Counted from the stretch's first letter, positions 10,424 through 21,121 are shown. The stretch is 64,000 bases of DNA from a virus (IMGVR_UViG_3300009553_000019:32001-96000); one strand, 5' to 3'. Notes: generated by a model from the letters alone, not told the origin. Numbers and translations: made by a program.

Positions 10424-13400
10424 TGCCAATAAATAGCTTAATCAACAGATATCGAGACCTTGTCAATCAAATTCCGAAGGGGTCTTTCTATAGTAATGAT
10501 GGAAACATTGTCCCTATGCGGGACAATCCCTATGTAATTCGATTTACAACTAACTCACCCAATACACAGTTTGGGGTGTTTGTCAATAACATCTATACAG
10601 GTGTAGTTCAGAGTGATGCTCAGGGGAATGTAACTACCTCTGTTTTACCGAAGTTGGGTGAGAACGAGCTATCAATTGTTAACAGCGTAACTCAAGAACG
10701 AACTATATCGTATCTTACTACTAGAAATTACGCTACCTGGCTAGCTTCTATAGCTGAAGTTTTTGAAGAACTAGATAACTTCATAGATCTAACTCAGTTA
10801 GATTCTGGGTTAGCCACTGCATCAAGTTCTGGCTTAGATGAGGTTTGGGGGGTTAGGGCAAACCAAAGCAATGTAGGTTATGAACCTGATGCTTATCGGG
10901 AAACACTTCAAGCCTTACTTCTTGGTTATCGACTTTTTGGTGCAAAGTTTAGAGGTATTGAGCTAGCAGTTGCAAGTTTTACTCAAATCCCTCCTCTTAT
11001 TTATCAACGACGATTTGATGGTAAACGATGGATTCTTGGGTCGGATTTCCTAGTCAACCGTACTTTCGAAACTATTGAATTCGCTTTTAACCCAACCCCT
11101 TCACTGCCTGGATTAACCTTAGAGAGTATAGGGTGGATTGCTAATACAGGATCAACCACTCTTGGTTGGGTGTCTGGTGGGACTATTAGTGTATCTGGAA
11201 CTGTCGATCTTAATACCCTAACTTATGGTAAAGGTGGAAGCGTTGATGGGCTAACGTTAGTAATTTCTAACGAAGCTGGAGCATTTCAAACAGTAAAGTT
11301 TAATCAACCCGCTAGTGGTGGGGATCTTACGGATCAAATCAACCGAAGTATCCAGGGCATAGAATCGTACATTGGGGTTGGAAATGTTTTGGTTATAAAA
11401 TCAACTTTGCTTGGTTCTACCAGCTTTATCAAGGTTGAGCGTTATGGAACAGCCCTGCCAATAGTCGGATTGTTAGAGCAGCTAATAACAGGTAATGATA
11501 ATCTCATCACATACATAGACCCTATCTTGGGGTTGTTTACAAAACTGACTTCTCCAAGATTTGATGGGCTAGTAGATATTCCAGGACCTAGGTTTCCAGC
11601 AAGAAGTCTCAGTATTGCAGGTCCATTCAATATCACGCCTGGAAATCAGCTGCTAGAATTTGATATTGACTCAAGAGGGGTAATTGATATTCTTTTACCA
11701 CTTGGAGCTCAAACAGCTACTAGTTTAGCTACTTTCATCAACACTGCTTTACTTTTAGATGTTAGGTATGGAATCACCTACTCGAACAGTATTCAAGTAG
11801 CAGTTGGAAGTCCAAGAATAAGAATAGACTCTTCGGATGGTGGTTCTATTGAAATTTACCCCACCACCGGATCTATCTACCTATTCAACATCACAGCTCC
11901 TGAAAAGTATTTAGGGTACCAACCAATCATTGCTACTGTTCGAGTAGTTAATGCAGCTACAGATGTTTCAAATTCTGTAGTTTTTCAGACCTATAGATCA
12001 CCACTGCCAGAGAATTGGTTTGCTTTTGGAGCTTCAGCAAAAGTTGTCGCTAGACAGGGACAACAGTTTTCTACTGGTCCCCAATGTTTACAGCTAACTG
12101 CAACAGGATCTGGTGAAATCACTCTTTACCAAAAGGCAATTGTCCAAGCTAATAAGTATAAGGAATTTCTTTTTGATTGGGGTATGTGGTTATCACCAAC
12201 GGTAAATATATCAGCTACGTTAGGTTGGAGTTTTGATAATGGTACAACCTGGAATGAAGGTACTACGATTGCATTATCAAAACTAGATGACCCTAACCAG
12301 CTCCCAAAATTCATCAGAAGTACATTTAGGTACGATGCTGACGCTTTAAGCTTAACAGTTAGGGTAAGAATATCAGGGTTGACAGCTGGGCAGACTGTTG
12401 TGGTTGATTCTGCTAGATTATTACAACCCAATGTTACTGCAATGTTTCTGGCAAGAAATACAATCATACGATCTCGTAAACGATCGTATTTCGGAGAACT
12501 ACTTTGGAGTTGGTGTTCTGATCCATTAACTGCTGATGAATCTACCTCAATTGGTTTGGGATCACCTCCCAATTGGCCAGTAGGTACGATAGATCAAATA
12601 GCAGCAGCTCAAAACCAAATCGATAGATTTGACGTTTCGGAATTTGACCTAGTTTCGGGATTGTCAAAAAATCTCATGGGGGTTATTAATGAGTCAGATT
12701 GGTCAATGGCAACCTTAACCAATCTAGATCTTATCCCCAGAGATCCTTCTAGAGCTTCTTTTGTTCAACCATCTGTTGCAGATGTAGTAACTGATTCTTT
12801 GACTTTTCCAAATGCTCCACCATATAGAGCAACTCTAAGTTTAGTTTCAGATCAAGATCAAGGTCAGGCTGTATTATTTGAAGATGGTACACCATTACCC
12901 AACGACAAATGGTTTTTTAGCTTAGCGAACCAAATTACAGTAGATACATCATCTTATAACCCCAACGCTCTATACACTGTTAGTTATTTACCTCTTTGGC
13001 AAGCTGAGACTCAGATCATTGATTTGGGTAGTGGGTTTCAAGATTATGTGTGGTATGGAGATCACTATCGATTCACTAGATTTGATACAGATAAGACAAA
13101 AACATTGAAGTCACGATATCTCTATCTTGATTTCACTACCTTTGAAGCTGTTTTAGATTTTCCAGCAGTTCCCGACATTAACCTGACTACAATCGTTAGG
13201 GATAATGGTTTGGATAAGGTAGAGCTAACAAAAGATTCTTTCATTTGGGTTGATCAATACACCGTCCGATTAGCAGCACAGGCAGTTATACCTACGGCAC
13301 TTTATACTATGACTTACTACGAAGTAGGTATGAAAAACGAAGAGCTTCCTCAGGTTTTATTTGAGACTAGGGGTGGGGCAACTGCCTCTGATTGCCAATC

Positions 13401-13581
13401 AGCTAGCTACAAGACAATAACGAGAAATCAGGCATTGAGGACTAGCACTGGTTTTAGATACCACCAATTTAGGTTAACAGCAACCAATATCAAATATGTT
13501 ACTGATTTTAGGTTGTCATCAATTGTTGCAAAAGGGCTAAATGTTTTTGGCTCTCAGTCTGTTCCTGGTTTAGTACCGTGA
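10420..13581 (+). CDS. Large baseplate wedge/tail protein
   Basis: LDEVWG...EPDAYRETLQ segment resembling baseplate wedge (gpI/gp7-like) proteins; 1053 aa, beta-rich. Confidence 0.55.
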   Translation: MMPINSLINRYRDLVNQIPKGSFYSNDGNIVPMRDNPYVIRFTTNSPNTQFGVFVNNIYTGVVQSDAQGNVTTSVLPKLGENELSIVNSVTQERTISYLTTRNYATWLASIAEVFEELDNFIDLTQLDSGLATASSSGLDEVWGVRANQSNVGYEPDAYRETLQALLLGYRLFGAKFRGIELAVASFTQIPPLIYQRRFDGKRWILGSDFLVNRTFETIEFAFNPTPSLPGLTLESIGWIANTGSTTLGWVSGGTISVSGTVDLNTLTYGKGGSVDGLTLVISNEAGAFQTVKFNQPASGGDLTDQINRSIQGIESYIGVGNVLVIKSTLLGSTSFIKVERYGTALPIVGLLEQLITGNDNLITYIDPILGLFTKLTSPRFDGLVDIPGPRFPARSLSIAGPFNITPGNQLLEFDIDSRGVIDILLPLGAQTATSLATFINTALLLDVRYGITYSNSIQVAVGSPRIRIDSSDGGSIEIYPTTGSIYLFNITAPEKYLGYQPIIATVRVVNAATDVSNSVVFQTYRSPLPENWFAFGASAKVVARQGQQFSTGPQCLQLTATGSGEITLYQKAIVQANKYKEFLFDWGMWLSPTVNISATLGWSFDNGTTWNEGTTIALSKLDDPNQLPKFIRSTFRYDADALSLTVRVRISGLTAGQTVVVDSARLLQPNVTAMFLARNTIIRSRKRSYFGELLWSWCSDPLTADESTSIGLGSPPNWPVGTIDQIAAAQNQIDRFDVSEFDLVSGLSKNLMGVINESDWSMATLTNLDLIPRDPSRASFVQPSVADVVTDSLTFPNAPPYRATLSLVSDQDQGQAVLFEDGTPLPNDKWFFSLANQITVDTSSYNPNALYTVSYLPLWQAETQIIDLGSGFQDYVWYGDHYRFTRFDTDKTKTLKSRYLYLDFTTFEAVLDFPAVPDINLTTIVRDNGLDKVELTKDSFIWVDQYTVRLAAQAVIPTALYTMTYYEVGMKNEELPQVLFETRGGATASDCQSASYKTITRNQALRTSTGFRYHQFRLTATNIKYVTDFRLSSIVAKGLNVFGSQSVPGLVP

Positions 13582-13590
13582 GGTTATGAG

Positions 13591-16500
13591 ATGGAAGGCA
13601 CTAGATATCGAGATGGCACGTTAGTTGACCAGAATCAACTACAAAGAACTGAGTCAACTAAGGCAGCCCAGATTTTAGATAGCCGAACTGATGAGTGGGA
13701 ACTGGGGATTGTAGGCGGATTAGTAGTAACCGTTAATAGCGTAAATACTAACCGAGTTGATTTATCTGCAGGTCATGGCTATGCAAATAATGCGGAGTTG
13801 GTTTTTATTGGGGTTGACCAGCTAAATATAGCTTTAGCAGATAATACACTTGGAGCTATTAACCTCCTTTACGCGTTTTATACTGAATTGGGTGGATCAC
13901 CATCACCACATGAGACCAATGGTACTGCGCCAGACACCGAGAATATAGCTTCTTTTAGGGTTAGGGTTTTAACAGCATCTCAATTTGCTGCCTTACCGTT
14001 TACCGACCCTACCTATTCTCAAGATGCTCAGGATAGGGCATTTTTGTTGAGTAAGATAACCGCTACTGGAGGTGCTTTAACTTCAGGCAGTATCACTCAA
14101 CCCCCACCATGGAGAGGGTTAAAGCAAGCAACTTTAGGGTTGCCAAATTTTGGCGATGGTATAAAGATCGTTATTGTTTCAGATACTACCCCAGAAGGAC
14201 CAAATGGTCAACTATCTTTTACCCAATCTCCAAACGCTTTAGCTTGGGCAGCTCCGGGAGATACCTTCGGTCCAACGGTACTGATTCCCAACGATGGTTA
14301 TTACACACTGACGTCTAGTGGTGGCTCAACAATTCAGGTTAATGTTCAGGTTACCGGATTGCCAGTAACGCCTCAAATAGTTACGGTTTCTATTTTAGGT
14401 CTATATACTCAAGAAGTTCCTAGAATGTCGGGAACTGACCTTCATCATAGAAGTTTAGTCGGAACTGGAACACCAACCAAACAAAACCCGCATGGTTTAT
14501 CACTAGCTGATATTTCACCTGAGTTCGTTGATGAAATTCGATTTCATCAACAGCTGATGCATAGTAATGGAATTTGGAGAGGGTCAAGTGCAAATTGCCT
14601 AAAGGTTTCTATTAACGAATCCCCATCTCCAGATAATTTGTTAATTAACACGCCAACTGGAGCAGATACCTACTTTGTTGATGGTAGACGGTTAGTTAGT
14701 ATCGTCAATTCTGGTGTATCTTTTACCGACGTTGTATCAAATAACAAATCACTGTATGAGATTTTCGTAGATGCTAGTGGCAATGTAAAGAAATCTGAAA
14801 GAGCCCGCCAACCCCAACCTGCAGTATTAGCAGGTTTGGAGAATGGTATAGTCTTTGTTTCAGAAGACTTCCCCGCTGGAACTTACCAACTGACATGGGA
14901 TACCACAGGAGCCCCACAACTATCGCTAAACGATGGCCCACCTGTCTTAATATTAGGAACAGGTCTTTACAATCTCAGGTTTGATTTTGGTTACATACAA
15001 TTCTATGTAGGCTCATACAGCAACTTACCTGGTGTATCTCCAAACCCCCCAGGAACGTTTGTTGAGGTGATTACAATAAACCCTGCTGTTAGCAAGAGTA
15101 AAAATCTTTCATTAGCTCAAGTTTACTTTTCAGGATCATCGTCAGGGTTTTTGGGCTATACACCAAATAGGGGAGTTGAGGCTGCCAAGCTAGTTGATAC
15201 TCGATTATTTGGAAGCATTGAAACCTATCATTTTAGAGATGATACTTTAAGAGAGTTAGAGCTTCCGACGGATGAACATAGCTATGACGGAGTAGTTATT
15301 GGCAGACCTGACCCACGATATACAGAAGGGCTAACTGTTTCAATTCTGGGTGGTTTAACAGTAACGGTAAATGGCTTCGCACCAGCTTATGTCAAAGGAC
15401 GTCGTTTTGAGGTTGAAGGTGGAGTGAACATTACTGTTCAAGGAACTTCTAGTACTGTAATCTATGTAAATGAGCATGGTTCGATAAGTGAATGCCCTAT
15501 AACTCTAGCCTCATTTTTGAGTGCAAATAATGCAACTGATGGGTTAAATCAAGACGGGTCATTAATCCTTCGAGGAGCTGCTCTAGCTCTAGTTTTATCA
15601 GATGCAGGTTCTGTAGTTGATGTTATAGATTTAAGACGAAATCTTGGAGGTGGGAACGTTTCTGTTGAACCATGGACTGTTGGTTCAACCAACTTCGTTT
15701 ATGGTGAGTTCTTTGATCTTAGAGGGGCTATTGTTTACGCCTCTGCTAACAAGATGTCGGTGATAAAGGTTCTTGAAACTGTTATTGATGATCAGATATC
15801 TCTTGTTGATGATTTGGTTATTGATGGTGGTGTGATCATTCTTGACTCAGCAGTCGCTTCACTTTCTAGTATTTTTGAAGTACTAAGCTCTGCAACTATA
15901 AGAAATGCTACAGTTGTGGCAGATATAGGCCCAATAACAGGGCCATTGCTAAACGGCAATTCAGCCAGTAATAGACACCTATCACTTGAAAGTGTTGCTT
16001 TGGTTGGGGCAGGTCTAACAGGTATAAAAATTGGTCCTGCTTCAAATACCCAGCAAGTTACCATTCGAGATTTAGTGTGCAGAGTTGGTGTTGCAGGTCC
16101 TGCTACTGCAAATCCCGTAGTTGAATTGCAAGTAAACACTGCAGTTGATGTTGATGGGATTACGTATGATCCAGGCCTATCACTTACAAGTGATGGGATA
16201 ATCAAACTATCGGGAGCTGGCATAAATTACGATTTAGGTTTATCTGTATCTGGAATACATTCAAAATCAACAGCTTGGGTAGTAGGGTTTGGTGGAAGCG
16301 GAAACACTTTACAAAATCTCAAAGTCTCTGATTGTGTAGGGATCAAACTAGATACCTTCTCTACCACACCTACATCTAAAGTTGCCTTTGCTAACACAAC
16401 ATGTCTTGGAGCTTTGGTATTAACATCTCTACAAGATTCAAGTTTTAGCAATTGCTCAATGCCTAATGGGTTTGGACTAATTTCTGTTCAAAATGTGACC

Positions 16501-17538
16501 TTTACTAGCTGTATTGCTAGTAATTTAGGCGCGATCAATGGCTCGAATATTACTTTTACTGATTGTCAGCATACAAGCCAGTTACATCAATCTGGAACTG
16601 TAGATACGCTTACAATCAGAGGCGGGAGATATCCAGCTGGATTTTTAGCAGATCCAGCTGGAAATCTATCCATTTTCCGAATTACTGACTGCAGTATAGG
16701 CCCAATTGTTTTGGATGGATCTGCGAATAGAAGCCAGATTTGGATTGAGCGTAATCTTTTAAATGGATCAATTAGCTGTAATCTTTCAGCAGTGACCAAA
16801 GTTGGTTTATTCATAAAGGGTAATTCACAGCTGGTTAATTCTAAAATTCAATGTACAAATGTCAGCGAAGCATGGTTGACGAATAACAGATTCTTTTCAG
16901 TGTTTGCTAGTTATGAATCCGCCCCTTATTGGTTTCAAGCAAGTCCTGGATCAAAGATAACAGATATTAGCATTGATGATAACCGTTTCGACATTGTTGG
17001 AACTGCAGGAGCAGCACCTCCAGCTACCTGGGCTTATTACGTAATTAACATGCTATCAGCCCCTGCTCCAAACAGAACAGAGAGGGTTAGCATTCGGGGG
17101 AATCAGTTTCATTGGACTCCAACTTCCCTCCAACCCATTCTGTGCTTTCATAGTGGGCGATCATTAAGTCTCCAAATTTTAAACAACCGTATGAAGTCCG
17201 AATCAGTGGGTACAGTTACCTGGTCGACATACGGTGGAGGTTCTACCCCATTTACTGCCTTTCATATGGGGTTGTTTACTAGTGATTTACCTTTTAGTGA
17301 CCCTTCAGCAGAAAAATCTGCAACTGGAGATTTGGCTATTGTTTCTGGAAATACTGCAGAAGACTCTGGAGGACCTATCTCAGTACCTTGGTTGGTAGCC
17401 AGCACTGGGGTTGGTGGGCAATATTTTGTAGGTTCAAATAATATGCCTCAAATTGGTAACACACGATACCCGACTGACGGTTCTTTTGTTGGGTGGTGTG
17501 GAGCTCTCAGTAATTTTACGCTTAACAACAACCTGTGA
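13591..17538 (+). CDS. Second tail fibre/receptor-binding protein with C-terminal beta-helix
   Basis: GAGG RBS; N-terminal baseplate-attachment-like region (GIVGGLVV...DLSAGHGY; NPHGLSLADI) and C-terminal beta-helix repeats. Confidence 0.65.
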   Translation: MEGTRYRDGTLVDQNQLQRTESTKAAQILDSRTDEWELGIVGGLVVTVNSVNTNRVDLSAGHGYANNAELVFIGVDQLNIALADNTLGAINLLYAFYTELGGSPSPHETNGTAPDTENIASFRVRVLTASQFAALPFTDPTYSQDAQDRAFLLSKITATGGALTSGSITQPPPWRGLKQATLGLPNFGDGIKIVIVSDTTPEGPNGQLSFTQSPNALAWAAPGDTFGPTVLIPNDGYYTLTSSGGSTIQVNVQVTGLPVTPQIVTVSILGLYTQEVPRMSGTDLHHRSLVGTGTPTKQNPHGLSLADISPEFVDEIRFHQQLMHSNGIWRGSSANCLKVSINESPSPDNLLINTPTGADTYFVDGRRLVSIVNSGVSFTDVVSNNKSLYEIFVDASGNVKKSERARQPQPAVLAGLENGIVFVSEDFPAGTYQLTWDTTGAPQLSLNDGPPVLILGTGLYNLRFDFGYIQFYVGSYSNLPGVSPNPPGTFVEVITINPAVSKSKNLSLAQVYFSGSSSGFLGYTPNRGVEAAKLVDTRLFGSIETYHFRDDTLRELELPTDEHSYDGVVIGRPDPRYTEGLTVSILGGLTVTVNGFAPAYVKGRRFEVEGGVNITVQGTSSTVIYVNEHGSISECPITLASFLSANNATDGLNQDGSLILRGAALALVLSDAGSVVDVIDLRRNLGGGNVSVEPWTVGSTNFVYGEFFDLRGAIVYASANKMSVIKVLETVIDDQISLVDDLVIDGGVIILDSAVASLSSIFEVLSSATIRNATVVADIGPITGPLLNGNSASNRHLSLESVALVGAGLTGIKIGPASNTQQVTIRDLVCRVGVAGPATANPVVELQVNTAVDVDGITYDPGLSLTSDGIIKLSGAGINYDLGLSVSGIHSKSTAWVVGFGGSGNTLQNLKVSDCVGIKLDTFSTTPTSKVAFANTTCLGALVLTSLQDSSFSNCSMPNGFGLISVQNVTFTSCIASNLGAINGSNITFTDCQHTSQLHQSGTVDTLTIRGGRYPAGFLADPAGNLSIFRITDCSIGPIVLDGSANRSQIWIERNLLNGSISCNLSAVTKVGLFIKGNSQLVNSKIQCTNVSEAWLTNNRFFSVFASYESAPYWFQASPGSKITDISIDDNRFDIVGTAGAAPPATWAYYVINMLSAPAPNRTERVSIRGNQFHWTPTSLQPILCFHSGRSLSLQILNNRMKSESVGTVTWSTYGGGSTPFTAFHMGLFTSDLPFSDPSAEKSATGDLAIVSGNTAEDSGGPISVPWLVASTGVGGQYFVGSNNMPQIGNTRYPTDGSFVGWCGALSNFTLNNNL

Positions 17539-17542
17539 AACA

Positions 17543-17848
17543 ATGGAATTACACAACACAAAATTATCCTTCCTCTCTTGGTTACAGCTTAGCCTCGAAC
17601 AGAGAAATCTTGTAAAACAAGCTTTAGTTAGGTTAAGTGCATTCAACTGGACAGATCAAACGGTACAAGATTGGTACTCAGCTAGAAAAATTGGTTTTAC
17701 AGATCATTTAGGAATTCAGCTGTGGGGGTTGGTTGGTGAGAATTACAGACTTCTGGCAAAGTTAGAATTAAAAAGAATCGTATGGTATGTTGGTCATGCA
17801 TGGAAATCACAGCCAGAGTTGATTATCGAAATTTCTTCATCTACTTGA
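17543..17848 (+). CDS. Hypothetical protein
   Basis: In-frame ATG at 17543 just after the tail fibre stop; the track's 17453 start would overlap the previous gene. Confidence 0.5.
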   Translation: MELHNTKLSFLSWLQLSLEQRNLVKQALVRLSAFNWTDQTVQDWYSARKIGFTDHLGIQLWGLVGENYRLLAKLELKRIVWYVGHAWKSQPELIIEISSST

Positions 17849-17881
17849 TTCTCTAGTGATCATTATTATGATCATTGTATG
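17842..17881 (+). promoter_or_regulatory. Conserved phage early promoter, copy 1 (leaderless)
   Basis: TACTTGATT-N10-CATTATTATGAT-CATTGT-ATG; -35 TTGATT, 16 nt spacer, -10 TATGAT, ATG 7 nt later. Confidence 0.8.
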
Positions 17882-18649
17882 AAGGTTTCAATGATTCGAT
17901 ATACAATGGTAGCTTTGATGGTCCTAACAGGATGTGGTCCAGCTTTTACTGCTGCTGAAGATTCTGGTGGAGCTTCTGGTCGAACAGCAATTGATGAAGT
18001 TGCAGGTCAACCCTCAGAGCAAGATAATGCTGGCATGGCTGGGGTTAATCTATCATTAGCTGGATCTAACGGAATCGAAAATCTTGGGGGTTCAGTTTCA
18101 ACTGGTGGTGCAGACACTGCAGGACATTCTGGAAGCTCTAGTGCAGGAGCTTCTATAGGTGGTTCGATTGACTCCCAAAATCCCACTGAATCCTCTGCTA
18201 GAATTTCAATTCGATTGCCAGCTAGTACGAATGGGGGTAACTGCCCGGATCCTGGGACAACTTATATTGTAGGTTCAAAACCTCCTACTCAATCAGATCC
18301 AGGAACTCCAGTATCTAATGGAGGTAGTGTTGAGACTTCTTGTATCTTTTCTGATACAGGATTTGGTGGAAAATTAAAAGCATCTCACTTAGCATTTGAT
18401 GATAGTATTGACCTAACGATTAGAAATGGAGTTAGGGAGCTCGATGGATCAATCGATGCAGACTTTACTTTCGTTACTTCAAAGCTAGGAAGTGAGTTTA
18501 CAGGAAATTGCAAACTTACTCCGTTGGTTAAGTTCAGCCAAGAAATGGTTTGGGGTCAGTTCTCTTGCAGCAGTATTACTAGCGCTGATGGAGATCAATG
18601 TCAAGTCGGGGAAAGTGTAATTGTTTTTCGTAACTGCTCAGATAAGTGA
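17879..18649 (+). CDS. Lipoprotein with Gly/Ser-rich linker and Cys-rich C-terminal domain
   Basis: Signal peptide II with lipobox LTGC, low-complexity G/S/A linker, six further Cys. Confidence 0.7.
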   Translation: MKVSMIRYTMVALMVLTGCGPAFTAAEDSGGASGRTAIDEVAGQPSEQDNAGMAGVNLSLAGSNGIENLGGSVSTGGADTAGHSGSSSAGASIGGSIDSQNPTESSARISIRLPASTNGGNCPDPGTTYIVGSKPPTQSDPGTPVSNGGSVETSCIFSDTGFGGKLKASHLAFDDSIDLTIRNGVRELDGSIDADFTFVTSKLGSEFTGNCKLTPLVKFSQEMVWGQFSCSSITSADGDQCQVGESVIVFRNCSDK

Positions 18650-18666
18650 AAATTTTCGAGGCTTCA

Positions 18667-18707
18667 TACTTGATTTCATTCTGAATCATTATTAAGATAT
18701 TTGTATG
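18667..18707 (+). promoter_or_regulatory. Conserved phage early promoter, copy 2 (leaderless)
   Basis: TACTTGATT-N11-CATTATTAAGAT-ATTTGT-ATG(18705). Confidence 0.8.
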
Positions 18708-19097
18708 ATGCTATTTACAGAAACAGAACTTCTCCCTCTTGAAGAAATAGCTTGGCAAAAGTCCAATTTGAAAACCATGTACGACGAGGAAACTAAAATG
18801 CACGATCCAGAAATCTCAGAAGAAAACATCAAAAACGCAGTGATGGAAATCAAAGAATTTGATTATACTAACGTTGAAACAGCGGTCATAGAAATGGTCA
18901 AAGCTGACCTGAAACCAAAGAAAGTTCTCAAGAAACCAGCTCCAGTTACTTGCTCAATCTGTGGTCGAGAACGTGATTGTCGTTCAATGAAAGCAACTCT
19001 GGTAGAAGATTCTGCATTGAATCAAGTTCGGCGATATGTTTGTCGTAAGACAGTCAAAGCTGAAGATGGTTCGGTAAAATGCTTCATCAAGGAATAA
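18705..19097 (+). CDS. Hypothetical protein with Cys-containing (Zn-binding?) C-terminus
   Basis: CSICGRERDC...YVC...C. Confidence 0.55.
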   Translation: MMLFTETELLPLEEIAWQKSNLKTMYDEETKMHDPEISEENIKNAVMEIKEFDYTNVETAVIEMVKADLKPKKVLKKPAPVTCSICGRERDCRSMKATLVEDSALNQVRRYVCRKTVKAEDGSVKCFIKE

Positions 19098-19098
19098 G

Positions 19099-20139
19099 AT
19101 GAAGTACACAGGAAAATTGGATCGGGCAATCGGTGCTTTGGTTGGTAGTGCTATTGGTGATACATTTGGAGCTCCACTAGAGTTCAGGCCAGCTATCACT
19201 GAGCCAAAAAACTGGGTTACCGAAATCACTGGTGGAGGGGGGTTTGGCTGGAGACCTGGAGAGGTAACTGATGACACGATTATGGCCAACGCCATAACTC
19301 AAATGTATCTCCAACACGGCCGTTATAACCAAACCTTCCTGGTTAATCAGTGGTTAGACTGGTTGCATCGAGGTCCGAAGGATATTGGAAGTTGGACTCG
19401 CCAAGCCTTGCATCGAATGGAACGAGAAAAGACTCGAAGTGGTATGTTCGATCACTTTCATTGGGGATCGAACCGTCACGGACTTAGAGATGAAAAGCAT
19501 CCAGCTGTTAAGCTATGGAAATCTGCTGGTTGGAGGGATGCAGGAAATGGCGGAGTTATGCGATGCGTTCCCAGCGCATTAGCAACCCCTCGAGCAAGGG
19601 ATCGAATTCGGGAGGTTCGATGGATTTGTGAAGACACTCACCCTGATCCTCGAGCTATTGCCAGCTGCATTGGAGTAGTTGAAACTTGCGCTCAGCTAAT
19701 TGCAGGTGATTCTGTAGAAGTTGCAGTTGGGGCGGCATTTTCAAGAATCAAATTCAAGACTGTAATTCCTTGGTGTGATACATGGAAGTCTGAAACTATT
19801 TTCGAAAGCTATGAAAATACCTTGTTTCTTGTTAAACAAGCGATGCTGACATCAAAGTCACTTCCTTGGCATAAGTGGACGAATAGTGGATATACGATTG
19901 GGACTATCGAATCAGCTTTCGCAGCTCTGCACCAATGCGACTCGTTCGAAGATGGTTTGGTGATGATCGTCAATCGCGGTAATGATGCTGATTCGGTGGG
20001 AGCTGTTGCTGGATCTCTGCTAGGAGCGAAGTTTGGTTTTGAGGCGATTCCCAAACGTTGGTTTGACAAGCTAGAAAACGGACAACAGTACGTCGATAAT
20101 GCTATCCGACTGTATCAACAGATTCGGAGTAACCGATAA
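19099..20139 (+). CDS. ADP-ribosylglycohydrolase (DraG/ARH family)
   Basis: GSAIGDTFGAPLEF, TDDT, GNGGVMR, TH and GNDADSVGAVAGSLLGA motifs. Confidence 0.92.
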   Translation: MKYTGKLDRAIGALVGSAIGDTFGAPLEFRPAITEPKNWVTEITGGGGFGWRPGEVTDDTIMANAITQMYLQHGRYNQTFLVNQWLDWLHRGPKDIGSWTRQALHRMEREKTRSGMFDHFHWGSNRHGLRDEKHPAVKLWKSAGWRDAGNGGVMRCVPSALATPRARDRIREVRWICEDTHPDPRAIASCIGVVETCAQLIAGDSVEVAVGAAFSRIKFKTVIPWCDTWKSETIFESYENTLFLVKQAMLTSKSLPWHKWTNSGYTIGTIESAFAALHQCDSFEDGLVMIVNRGNDADSVGAVAGSLLGAKFGFEAIPKRWFDKLENGQQYVDNAIRLYQQIRSNR

Positions 20140-20358
20140 ATGGTTTACACACCCGCATTACAAATTTTGCTAGGATCTTTCTTAGCTACTGTAGATCTAA
20201 GTTGCCATGAATATTGGTGGGTCGCTTGGTGGCTGTTTTTCGTTGCCACGGGTATCTTGATAATGTTTGTTGATTGTTGTGTAGAAGAAAAGCTGAATGA
20301 GATGATAGCCAGGCGAGAAGAGTTTCTACAAGAGCTTGAATTGGAGGAACTACAATGA
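20140..20358 (+). CDS. Small membrane protein
   Basis: Two hydrophobic segments and an acidic tail; abuts neighbouring genes. Confidence 0.5.
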   Translation: MVYTPALQILLGSFLATVDLSCHEYWWVAWWLFFVATGILIMFVDCCVEEKLNEMIARREEFLQELELEELQ

Positions 20359-20624
20359 ACGCAGGTCAAAAGATTCTTTATGATCTGTTTGAAGATATTC
20401 TTCATGCTATTCCTGAACTACCAGTTAAGGACCAGGTAAAGTATCTGCAGGTTAGCTTTAATTATGCAGCACCAGAACGGGAGTTTGAGTTTTGGCAGAG
20501 GTTGTCAGTAATTCTAAACCAAAACTCAAATTCTGGAAGCTGGGATGGCTGGGAGTACAGGATTGCTTTTCTTTACAACGACGCGGCAGAAAATCGAAAC
20601 AAGCTGTCTAACGAGGCTGCATGA
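20355..20624 (+). CDS. Hypothetical protein
   Basis: GGAGG RBS, ATGA overlap. Confidence 0.6.
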   Translation: MNAGQKILYDLFEDILHAIPELPVKDQVKYLQVSFNYAAPEREFEFWQRLSVILNQNSNSGSWDGWEYRIAFLYNDAAENRNKLSNEAA

Positions 20625-21031
20625 TCTCATGGGATTGTGAATTACTGTACGAAGACGGAGTTCGTCTGTACAACAGTAAAAAACTTCGTAACATTAAGAT
20701 AATGTCTGATAATCGTCAGATAGGTGACTTGGTTTACAAGACGACGGAGGGTATCATACGAACTCTTATCTCTGGCTACAAGGTTGACCATTTCAGTATT
20801 CACTGGCTGACCATTTCAGGGTATGAGCTAGGGCTAGATGGCCAAACAATGTTTAAGCAGGTCCTTGCTATTCAACCAGCAATTCTCGAAGCTAATATAG
20901 GACAAGAGAAAGCTGAAGTCCTGGTAAAGACTGAATTAACCAACCCACTTTTATGCATACGGTGTAATCTTGAAAGAGATGAGCATCCCCATCCTAGTGT
21001 ACTTAGGAACTGCATAGTATTTTTAGAGTGA
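20621..21031 (+). CDS. Hypothetical protein
   Basis: GAGG RBS, ATGA overlap; C-terminal CxxC...H...C. Confidence 0.55.
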   Translation: MISWDCELLYEDGVRLYNSKKLRNIKIMSDNRQIGDLVYKTTEGIIRTLISGYKVDHFSIHWLTISGYELGLDGQTMFKQVLAIQPAILEANIGQEKAEVLVKTELTNPLLCIRCNLERDEHPHPSVLRNCIVFLE

Positions 21032-21048
21032 CGGTAATATAGCTTGAA

Positions 21049-21121
21049 CGGGGTATGGCGCAGTTGGTAGCGCGCGTGCTTTGGGAGCATGAGGTCGCCA
21101 GTTCGAGTCTGGCTACCCCGA
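21049..21121 (+). tRNA. tRNA-Pro(UGG)
   Basis: Acceptor CGGGGTA/TACCCCG, anticodon loop TTTGGGA, T-loop GTTCGAGT; followed by CTA, no CCA. Confidence 0.95.
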
